The position numbers and the translations under genes were made by a program. A stretch of DNA of 32,000 nucleotides from Nostoc punctiforme PCC 73102 (GTDB lineage: Bacteria > Cyanobacteriota > Cyanobacteriia > Cyanobacteriales > Nostocaceae): NCBI RefSeq assembly GCF_000020025.1, contig NC_010628.1, positions 2,670,001-2,702,000 of the forward strand, read 5' to 3'. How positions within the stretch are numbered: the first letter of the stretch is position 1; every line of letters starts with the position of its first letter. Of the stretch, positions 23,301-28,800 are shown piece by piece. The notes beneath the pieces are model-generated. The model worked only from the letters and a program-made list of their open reading frames with translations, was not told where the DNA came from and did no database searches.

Positions 23301-25850
23301 CATCAACTGACGATAAATAATCTGGTGCAAGCAGCTTGGGCATTACTGCTGTGTCGCTACAGCCAAGAAACTGATGTAGTTTTTGGTGCAACTGTATCTG
23401 GTCGTCCGCCATCTCTTGTTGGTATCGAGTCGATGGTGGGACTATTTATCAACACCTTGCCAGTGAGAGTTCAAGTTTCAGACGATACCCAAGTGTTGGC
23501 TTTATTGAAGGATTTACAGGCGCAACAAGTTGAATCTGAGCAATATTCATATAGCTCATTGGTGGAGATTCAAGGTAAGAGTGAAATCAACAGAGGAACA
23601 CCTTTGTTCGAGAGCATTGTTGTCTTTGAGAATTATCCAGTTGATGAGGCAGTGCAATCACACAATTACAGTTTCTCTATAGACAAGATTCACGCTATTG
23701 AACAAACTAATTATCCTCTGACTGTAATTGCTGCTGTTGGTAAGCAATTGTTAGTGAAGATTAGCTATGATATTAGCCGCTTTGATGATGCAACAATTAC
23801 TCGCTTGTTAGGACATTTCCAAATATTGCTTGAGGGAATTGTTGCTAACCCACACCAGAGGATTTTACAATTGCCTATGCTGTCACAGACAGAGCAACAG
23901 CAATTATTAGTGGAATGGAACGATACTCAGGCAGATTATCCACTAGATAAATGTCTCCATCAGTTGTTTGAGGATCAGGTTGATAGCACTCCAGATGCGA
24001 TCGCAGTTGTGTTTGAAAATCAACAACTCACTTACCAGCAATTGAATAGTCGTGCTAACCAGTTGGCGCACTACCTGAACTCTTTGGGAGTGGGAGCAGA
24101 TGTGCTGGTGGGTATTTGTGTGGAACGCTCAATAGAAATGGTTGTCGGATTGTTGGGCATTCTCAAGGCGGGTGGGGCTTATGTACCAATTGACCCGAAC
24201 TACCCACAAGAGCGGATTCGTTTCATGCTGCAAGACTGTGGAGCAAAGGTTTTGCTCACCCATAGTCAACTCAAATTGGGGGCTGGGGGTTGGGAATCAG
24301 GGACTGGGAATAAAGAAACTTTTCCGCAATCCCGCTCGATACTGTGTTTAGATCGCGATAACTTTGCCAACCAATCTACAGAGAACCCCAGTCGGCAAAG
24401 TCAACCCGATGATTTAGCTTATGTAGATGATTTAGCTTATGTAATCTATACATCAGGCTCTACAGGACAACCCAAAGGGGTACAACTACTGCATCGGGGT
24501 TTAAGTAACTATTTACACTGGGCTAAAGATTACTACGCAGTAGCACAAGGACAAGGTACACCTGTGCAGTCTTCCCTGAGCTTTGATGCAACCATTACCT
24601 CCCTGTACCTGCCGCTAATTTGTGGGCGTACCACCATTTTGGTAAGAGAAAAACAAGAATTGCAGCTTCTAGCAGACATTGTTAAACAAAACAATCATCT
24701 ATCCCTCGTCAAAATCACACCTTCGCATCTGGAAATACTCAATCAGCAAATTGAGCCTGATACCATGCCGAATCGGGTCAATGCCTTTGTTTTGGGCGGT
24801 GAGGCATTACACGCTAACCAAATAATTCCCTGGTTGACTCATGCCCCCAATACCCGCTTGATTAACGAATATGGTCCGACAGAAGCGGTTGTCGGGTGTT
24901 GTGTCTACGAAGCAACTGGAAAAAGGGATCTGGCGGGTGATTTATTAATCGGACAGCCAATTGCCAATGTACGTATTTACATTTTAGACAACCAAAACCA
25001 ACTCCTGCCTGTCGGTATTCCTGGGGAACTTTGTATTGCCGGGGCTGGTTTAGCCCGTGGCTATCTCAACCGTCCCGAACTCACATCTGAAAAATTCATC
25101 GAACTCGACTTATTTGGTAAAAAAGAACGAATCTACAAAACTGGCGATTTAGCCAGATGGTTGCCTGATGGTAATCTTGAATACCTAGGACGCATTGACA
25201 ACCAAATAAAAATTCGCGGTTTCCGCATCGAGTTGGGGGAAATTGAGGCATTACTCAACCAACATGATGATGTGCAGGCATCTGTAGTCACTGCCCGTGA
25301 AGATACCCCAGGTGATACTTGTACTGAGCGAAGTCGAAGTAAACGCTTAGTTGCCTACGTGCTGCCGCATCAGCATACACCCACAATCAATGAACTACGG
25401 CAATTCCTGAAAGCAAAGCTACCAGACTACATGGTGCCAAACGCTTTTGTGATGTTGGAATCAATGCCACTCACTCCCAACGGCAAAGTAGACCGTCGCG
25501 CCCTACCTGCACCAGATTTACACAGCGATGCCTATGGCGGGCTACGCCTACGCACAGAAAAATATGTAGCCCCGCGTACTCCGATTGAAGAAATACTGGT
25601 ACAAATTTGGTCACAAGTGCTGAAAGTAGAGCAAGTAGGCATACACGATAACTTCTTTGAACTTGGGGGACACTCGCTACTAGCAACACAAGTACTTTCA
25701 CGTATCCGCGATCGCTTTAAAGTCAAACTCCCTTTACACGAATTGTTCAATACCCCAACCATCGCTGAATTAGCGCCATCAATCGGGAAGTTACAGCAAC
25801 AAAACTCAGACCTAACTGTTCCACGCATTCTACCAAGGAGCAAGAGATGA
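14199..25850 (+). CDS. nosC: Non-ribosomal peptide synthetase, three modules plus epimerase: dock-C-A-T-C-A-T-E-C-A-T; NosC-like
   Basis: 3883-aa ORF with a GTG start at 14199 and GAGG 10 nt upstream. The upstream ATGs at 14179 and 14191 run into immediate stops. It contains three HHxxxDGWS C domains, one HHLVVDGVSWRIL E domain, three A3 cores and three carrier motifs. The TGA at 25848-25850 overlaps the next ATG. Symbol confidence is about 0.6. Confidence 0.95.
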   Translation: MNIEQLVVDLSKQGVKLWVEGEQLRVNAPKGVLTLETRDLLAKNKAELIFLLHEKNTDTDTDFPPIKAERPQNLPLSFAQERLWLLNQLEPDNSSYNEQAALKLHGELNVVALEQSLNKIIDRHEALRTNFRTINEQPVQVITDSLNLNVPIVDLSKLPESEREIACQQLATTEADRPFDLASSPLIRASVVKLTEVEYALVLTIHHIVVDGWSIGVLMRELATIYSAICNNLSPELPELPIQYADFAIWQRQWLQSEVLQTQLDYWNQLLKNAPTLLELPTDRPRPAIQTFRGEIQYGEFSVELSEAIANFTRQEGATLFMTLFAAYVTLLYRYTDSDDIVVGTPIANRDRLELEGLIGFFVNTLVLRTDLSGNPSFQQLLSRVRQLTLQAYAHPDLPFEELVKALQPQRDLSYTPLFQVMFVLQNAPISEVELAGLTISSLPAQSATAKFDLTLSMQNTATGLVSVWEYNADLFDASTIERMRGHFQTLLEGIIANPQEQISQLPLLTEIEQQQLLLKWNDTGVDYPQDKCIHQLFEEQVELTPDAVAVVYENQYLTYHELNCRANQLAHYLKSLGVKADVLVGICVERSLEMVVGLLGILKAGGAYLPLASDYPTERLRLMLEDAQVSVLLTQQKLLDRLPEHTAQLHFGSLPYGTLRERLRSGQAAQYKVCLDADWQLISQLSQDNLISETQATNLAYVIYTSGSTGQPKGVLITHQGLLNLVFWHQRTFKITTLDKATQLAGTAFDAAVWELWPYLTAGASIYLVKPEILLSPVDLQDWLESKKITISFLPTPMAEQLLSLEWPESTTLRTIVTGGDKLHRYPSGLLPFQVVNNYGPTENTVVTTSGLVVSNGRDNNISPPIGRPIANVEIYILDSYLQPVPIGVPGELHIGGAGLARGYLNRPELTQEKFIPNPFSDESHSRLYKTGDKARYLNDGNIEYVGRIDDQVKIRGFRIELSEIEAVLSQHSDVQLSCVIAREDSPGDTCTERLVPSISTSLDGTGAEVSRSKRLVAYVVAHQDCKPVISELRQFLKTKLPEYMVPSAFVILESLPLTPNGKVDRRALPKPDLDTTLLEKYVAPRTPIEEMLALLWAQVLNLELVGIYDNFFELGGHSLLATQLVSRIRNIFKVELPLRELFARSTVVELAQSIGQLQQQVLRLTSAPVPSSEVEMLGTSRSVQDLELSTPFITQRAENAQLPLSYAQQRLWFLDQFEPNSALYNIPLALRLVGTLNQVALEQSLHEIINRHEALRTNFVTVNGQPTQIIQKQTNWTVTVVDLKHLSTLVLSEAVGVRVASPLGEASASAEVTEQEIATQQLARQQSIEPFDLANQALVRATLVVLNETEHILLVCMHHIVSDGWSMGVFLQELAALYNAYSQDQPSLRDAMRSLLPRKGTPLAPLPIQYADFALWQRQWLQGGVLQSQLSYWQQQLANAPALLSLPTDRPRPAVQTFAGAHQEFVLSQKLTQGLIQLSQKQGVTLFMMLLAAYDTLLYRYTGTEDILVGSPIANRDRSEIEGLIGFFVNTLVMRTNLAGNPSFSELLGRVREMAMEAYTYQNLPFEMLVEALQPQRDLSHTPLFQVMFALQNVPLSGVELAGLSVTPLMPESTTAKFDLNLFMQNTATGLVGVWEYNTDLFDASTIERMTGHFVTLLEGIIANPEQQISQLPLLTQIEQHQLLVEWNDTQVDYPQDLCIYQLFEEQVQRTPDAVAVIFENQQLTYYQLNCRANQLANYLQSLGVSADVLVGICVERSIEMVVGLLGILKAGGAYVPLDPDYPQQRLSFILDDAALPVLLTQQSLLESLPEHTAQVVCLDSDRQLIEQHSRENPLTGGKPENLAYVIYTSGSTGQPKGVQVNHSSVVNFLASMSHCPGLTDSDTFCAVTTISFDIAALELYLPLVVGAKVVVVRREVASDGARLLLELQHSSTTVMQATPATWQMLVASGLSTQQLGMKLLCGGEALPPQLAHQLLETGAQVWNLYGPTETTIWSSICQLRNESTQLEAKSAIAPIGRPIANTQFYILDSHLQPVPVGVAGELHIGGLGLAKGYLNRPQLTQEKFISNPFKRSRGAGEQASRGETFNSNRLYKTGDLARYLPDGTIEYLGRIDNQVKIRGFRIELGEIEAVLSQHEDVQASCVIAREDTPGDKRLVAYVVPHLGQTPTVSQLRSFLSNQLTTYMVPHTFVMLESLPLTPNGKVDRRALKAPDSRGELEVSFVAPRNQTEEILAQIWTEVLKVEQVGVHDNFFELGGDSILSLQIINRAKLAELQLTLKQLFAHQTIAELAIVANVASVIQIEQGLVTGTLPLTPIQHWFFEQNLQQPHHFNQSFLLSVPSDLKPELLKQVLQQLLVHHDALRLRFTQSDSTWQQTHSAVTDSVAFSYIDLSALPQNKQKTAIEASATCLQASLNLSENLVQVAFFYLGIDKRARLLIIIHHLVVDGVSWRILLEDLQTAYQQLAHGKVIALPAKTTSFKDWSNKLTKYAQSETIKSEMAYWLNESRAAVSPMPVDYTQGANTVEAASTVTVSLNEAQTRALLQDVPKAYNTQINDVLLTALALVLSRWTNSSSVLFNLEGHGREDIIDGVDLSRTIGWFTTIFPVLLELGATENPADALKSVKEQLRAIPNKGIGYGLLRYLIQDAEIAAQLEALPQAEISFNYLGQCDQLLNTSSWMQLVSESTGHSHSLQNNRAHLLDINSVIAGERLQIDWTYSPNIHQHATIESLAQEFVKTLLGLIAHCSSPESGGYTPSDFSLVKLNQPEIDQLLARLVSKNQSGKTNSRNIEDIYPLSPTQQGMLFESLYAPDSGVYFQQLSCTLTGKLNVTAFEQAWQQVVAQHSILRTAFVWEQLAQPLQVVYRQVDVNLNSHDWQQLSAQDQQQQLELLLHSQRKQGFQLSQPPLIHLSLIQLSADTYQFIWSSHHLLLDGWSMPLVFKDLLYFYQAISQGENLAVQPTQSYRNYIAWLQKQDLAQAEQFWREKLQGFTAPTPFSVDKKQSSNRKKLDSSYSEQQTQLTVQATAAIQSFARKHQLTINNLVQAAWALLLCRYSQETDVVFGATVSGRPPSLVGIESMVGLFINTLPVRVQVSDDTQVLALLKDLQAQQVESEQYSYSSLVEIQGKSEINRGTPLFESIVVFENYPVDEAVQSHNYSFSIDKIHAIEQTNYPLTVIAAVGKQLLVKISYDISRFDDATITRLLGHFQILLEGIVANPHQRILQLPMLSQTEQQQLLVEWNDTQADYPLDKCLHQLFEDQVDSTPDAIAVVFENQQLTYQQLNSRANQLAHYLNSLGVGADVLVGICVERSIEMVVGLLGILKAGGAYVPIDPNYPQERIRFMLQDCGAKVLLTHSQLKLGAGGWESGTGNKETFPQSRSILCLDRDNFANQSTENPSRQSQPDDLAYVDDLAYVIYTSGSTGQPKGVQLLHRGLSNYLHWAKDYYAVAQGQGTPVQSSLSFDATITSLYLPLICGRTTILVREKQELQLLADIVKQNNHLSLVKITPSHLEILNQQIEPDTMPNRVNAFVLGGEALHANQIIPWLTHAPNTRLINEYGPTEAVVGCCVYEATGKRDLAGDLLIGQPIANVRIYILDNQNQLLPVGIPGELCIAGAGLARGYLNRPELTSEKFIELDLFGKKERIYKTGDLARWLPDGNLEYLGRIDNQIKIRGFRIELGEIEALLNQHDDVQASVVTAREDTPGDTCTERSRSKRLVAYVLPHQHTPTINELRQFLKAKLPDYMVPNAFVMLESMPLTPNGKVDRRALPAPDLHSDAYGGLRLRTEKYVAPRTPIEEILVQIWSQVLKVEQVGIHDNFFELGGHSLLATQVLSRIRDRFKVKLPLHELFNTPTIAELAPSIGKLQQQNSDLTVPRILPRSKR
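16146..16217 (-). repeat. 72-nt compound in-frame repeat insertion in the N-terminal part of an A domain
   Basis: The protein reads LPEHTAQ-LHFGSLPYGTLRERLRSGQAAQYK-VCLDAD, whereas paralogs read ..HQAKLVCLDTD. The block contains the ..cgctcagtacaag arm of the 24-nt family. It also contains an inner 24-mer, cttccctacgggacgctacgcgaa (16161-16184), flanked by the direct repeat cggctcc. Confidence 0.8.
17169..17240 (+). repeat. 72-nt three-level nested repeat (24 in 24 in 24), in frame
   Basis: The sequence is acttgtactgagcg|acttgtgccgagc|atctcgacttcgctcgatggaacc|ggagccgaggta|agtcgaagt. It encodes TCTERLVPSISTSLDGTGAEVSRS between PGD and KRLVAY. Confidence 0.9.
17687..17758 (-). repeat. 72-nt three-level nested repeat, reverse orientation, in the T-C linker
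   Basis: It is the reverse complement of 17169-17240 at 70 of 72 positions by hand alignment. It encodes (V)LRLTSAPVPSSEVEMLGTSRSVQ. Confidence 0.9.
18068..18139 (+). repeat. 72-nt nested repeat (second lineage) in a C-domain loop
   Basis: It is the 7305-type element with ttcgcgtagcgtctccgttaggag inserted at its centre. It encodes LVLSEAVGVRVASPLGEASASAEV. Confidence 0.9.
18366..18407. repeat. 42-nt in-frame insertion in a C domain, related to the CTACGC/GAGACGCT repeat family
   Basis: The protein reads YSQDQPS-LRDAMRSLLPRKGT-PLAPLPIQY against YSQGQPSPLTPLPIQY in paralogs. The block contains ctacgagacgctatgcgtag, which has 5-bp inverted ends. Confidence 0.7.
20415..20474 (+). repeat. 60-nt purine-rich octamer-like insertion in the A-domain loop before YKTGD
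   Basis: The sequence aaaagaagcagaggagcaggggagcaggcgagcagaggggaaacctttaattctaatcgc encodes KRSRGAGEQASRGETFNSNR. Confidence 0.8.
21110..22440 (+). other. Epimerization (E) domain, all core motifs intact
   Basis: All seven cores are present: PLTPIQHWFF (E1), HHLVVDGVSWRIL (E2, 21522-), NDVLLTAL (E3), NLEGHGRED (E4), RTIGWFTTIFPV (E5), PNKGIGYGLLRYL (E6) and ISFNYLGQ (E7). Confidence 0.85.
24275..24309 (-). repeat. Five tandem heptamers, complement of STRR-type CCCCA[A/G]T, translated inside the Asn A domain
   Basis: The heptamers are attgggg gctgggg gttggga atcaggg actggga. They encode part of KLGAGGWESGTGNKE in the variable stretch between A2 and A3. Confidence 0.8.
24408..24443 (+). repeat. 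Perfect 18-nt tandem duplication (gatgatttagcttatgta x2) at the A3 core
   Basis: Positions 24408-24425 equal 24426-24443. This gives DDLAYV-DDLAYV-IYTSGSTGQPKG. Confidence 0.95.
25317..25340 (+). repeat. Single 24-nt unit (variant acttgtactgagcgAagtcgaagt), TCTERSRS
   Basis: It lies between PGD and KRLVAY of the Asn A domain. The uninserted paralog at 20651-20664 reads ggtgataaacgcct. Confidence 0.85.
25527..25556. repeat. Roughly 24-30-nt in-frame insertion (CTACGC family) in the A-T linker
   Basis: The sequence gatgcctatggcgggctacgcctacgcaca gives DLHS-DAYGGLRLRT-EKYVAPR, against DLHSQLLDKYVAPR in paralogs. It contains the tandem ctacgc ctacgc. Confidence 0.65.
25835..25840 (+). promoter_or_regulatory. 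Shine-Dalgarno sequence for nosD, embedded in the last codons of nosC
   Basis: A perfect AAGGAG lies 6 nt upstream of ATG 25847. The ATG overlaps the nosC TGA (ATGA), which suggests translational coupling. Confidence 0.7.
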
Positions 25851-28800
25851 TGATTGAAGAATTACCCCTATCTTATGCTCAACAGCGTTTGTGGTTTTTA
25901 GACCAGTTAGAGCCGAACAGTGCTATATACAACATCCTTTTAGCTTTGCGTCTAGAGGGAAATCTCAATCGGGCTGCCTTAGAACAAAGCTTTCAAGAAA
26001 TTATTGATCGTCATGAAGCATTACGCACTAATTTCATTACGGTTGATGGAAAACCTTCTCAAATTATTCAAACACAAATTAATTGGACAATTTCAGTTGT
26101 TGAGTGCGAACATCTGCCACCAAGCGAACAAGAAATCGCTACACAGCAATTCGTTCAACAACAAGCGATTCAGCCTTTTGACTTGGCAGAGGGAGCATTA
26201 ATCAGAGCGACATTAATTGTGCTATCCAAGACAGAACACATATTGTTACTGTGTATGCACCATATTGTCTCTGATGCCTGGTCATTGGGTGTATTTGTCC
26301 AAGAACTAGCAGCACTATACAACGCTTATTCTCAAGGAGAACCGTCACCTTTAATACCACTGCCGATTCAGTACGCAGATTTTGGCATTTGGCAAAGAGA
26401 GTGGTTGCAAGGGGAGCTACTGCAAAATCAAATCTCGTACTGGCAACAACAACTAAAAGATGCACCAGCCTTGTTGTCCCTACCCACAGACCGACCAAGA
26501 CCTGCTGTGCAGACTTTCGCTGGCGCAATTCAAGAGTTTGCACTCTCAGTTGAGTTAAGCAATCAGCTGACACAACTGAGCCAAAAACAAGGGGTGACTT
26601 TGTTCATGACACTTTTGGCAGCCTTTGATACCCTACTTTACCGCTACACAGGACAGTTAGACATTTTAGTAGGGTCTGCGATCGCAAACCGCGAACACAG
26701 TGAAATTGAAGGGTTAATTGGCTTTTTTGTCAATACTTTAGTCTTGCGTACTGATTTATCAGGCAACCCCAGTTTTAGCGAATTACTTTCTCGCGTTCGG
26801 CAAGTAGCTCTAGGAGCATACTCTCATCAAGAGTTGCCATTTGAAATGCTAGTTGAGGCATTACAACCAGAACGGAATCTCAGCCATCCACCACTGTTCC
26901 AAGTGATGTTTGTACTCCAGAATACACCCATGTCTGGAGTAGAACTTGCTGGCTTAACTATCAGTTCTTTGCCACCCCAAAACACAATTGCTAAGTTTGA
27001 TTTAACTTTATCAATGCACAACTCAGTTACTGGGCTAGTGGGGATATGGGAATATAACACTGACTTATTTGATGCCAGCACAATTGAGCGGATGGCAAAG
27101 CATTTTGTAACACTGCTCTCTGGAATTGTTGCTAATCCAGAGGAACGGATTTCGCAATTGCCTTTGCTGTCCCACACAGAGCAACAGCAGTTATTAGTTG
27201 AATGGAATAATACTCAAGCAGACTATCCTGTTGATAAGTGTATTCATCAGTTGTTTGAGGAGCAATCTGTGAGTACACCCGATGCTGTAGCTGTGGTGTT
27301 TGAAAATCAACAACTAACTTACCACCAGTTGAATAGTTGTGCTAACCAGTTGGCGCACTACCTCAAGTCTTTGGGTATAAAATCAGATACGCTGGTGGGT
27401 ATTTGCGTGGAACGCTCAATAGAAATGGTAGTGGGACTGTTGGGGATTCTCAAGGCAGGCGGAGCTTATGTACCACTTGACCCAGAGTATCCTACTGAGC
27501 GTTTGGCTTTCATGTTAGAAGATGCTGAAGTTTCCATACTGTTGACTCAACAGCGACTTATTGACAGACTTCCTGAGCATCAAGCAAAATTTATCTGTTT
27601 AGATGAAGCTTGGGAACAAATTGCCCAAAACAATCAAGATAACCCAACAAGTGAAGTCAAAGCTTTTCATCTAGCTAATCTGATTTACACTTCTGGTTCA
27701 ACAGGTAAACCTAAAGGTGTGATGGTTGAGCATAAGGGATTATGCAACCTAGCTCAAGCTCAGATTCAAACTTTTGGCTTGACTTCGGATAGTCGCGTTC
27801 TTCAGTTTGCCTCCTTCAGTTTTGATGCTTCTATCTCAGAAATTTTGATGGCTCTGGGGTCGGGTGCAAGGCTGTATCTGGGAACAAAAGACTCTCTACT
27901 GCCTGGGAAGCCATTAATTGAGCAATTAAGCGATCGCAGCATTACCCATATCACCCTACCGCCATCGGCGTTAGCAGTTATGCCTGGGTCGGAACTTCCG
28001 GCACTGCAAACAATAATTGTAGCGGGAGAAGCAAGTTCATCTGAATTAATCAGACAATGGTCTGCTGGCAGAAACTTCTTCAATGCCTATGGGCCAACAG
28101 AAGCTAGTGTCTGTGCCACAATCGCAAAATGCACTGAAGATGACAATAAAATATCTATTGGTAAGGCGATCGCCAACGTCCAGGTTTATATTTTAGATGA
28201 ATATCTGCAACCAGTACCGATTGGTGTACCAGGTGAATTGCATATTGGTGGTTTGGGGTTGGCACGAGGCTACCTTAATCGTCCAGAGTTGACAAAAGAA
28301 AAATTTATTCCCAATCCCTTCGCTCGAAGCAGGGAAGCAGGGGAGCAGGGGAGCAGAGGAGCAGAAATTCTTCTAAATTCCCAATTCCCAGTCCCCAGTC
28401 CCCAATCCCCAATCCCCAATCCCCGACTTTATAAAACCGGAGATTTAGCACGCTATTTACCAAATGGCAACATTGAATACCTGGGACGCATCGACAATCA
28501 GGTAAAAATCCGTGGCTTCCGTATCGAGTTGGGAGAAATTGAAGAATTACTGAACCAACATAGTGATGTGCAGACAGCTTGTGTTATTGCCCGTGAAGAT
28601 CATCCAGGTGATACTTGTACTGAGCGACTCGTGCCGAGCATCTCGACTTCGCTCGATCGAACCGGAGCCGAGGTAAGTCGAAGTAAACGCTTAGTTGCCT
28701 ACGTGGTAGGACATAAACAACATTCACCTACAATTAACCAGTTAAGATCCTTCCTCTCTAGCCAACTGCCACAATACATGATACCTCATGCTTTTGTGAT

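Larger units (their letters stand above)
22569..25790 (+). other. NRPS module DCL-type C - A - T, predicted Asn
   Basis: C domain: starts EDIYPLSPTQQGMLFES, which is typical of D-donor-accepting C domains, with HHLLLDGWS at 22977-23003. A domain: about 23955-25508, with LAYVIYTSGSTGQPKG at 24432-24479. T domain: Ser codon 25674-25676. The code DATKVGEVGK matches the canonical Asn code 10/10. Confidence 0.8.

Noticed and set aside
25847-25850. The stop codon between nosC and nosD considered as a sequencing frameshift or pseudogenisation.
   Set aside because: A perfect AAGGAG at the right distance, an ATGA overlap identical in style to the nosA/nosB junction at 10371-10374, and an intact downstream frame all argue for a genuine coupled gene boundary. 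Resequencing would still be a cheap check.
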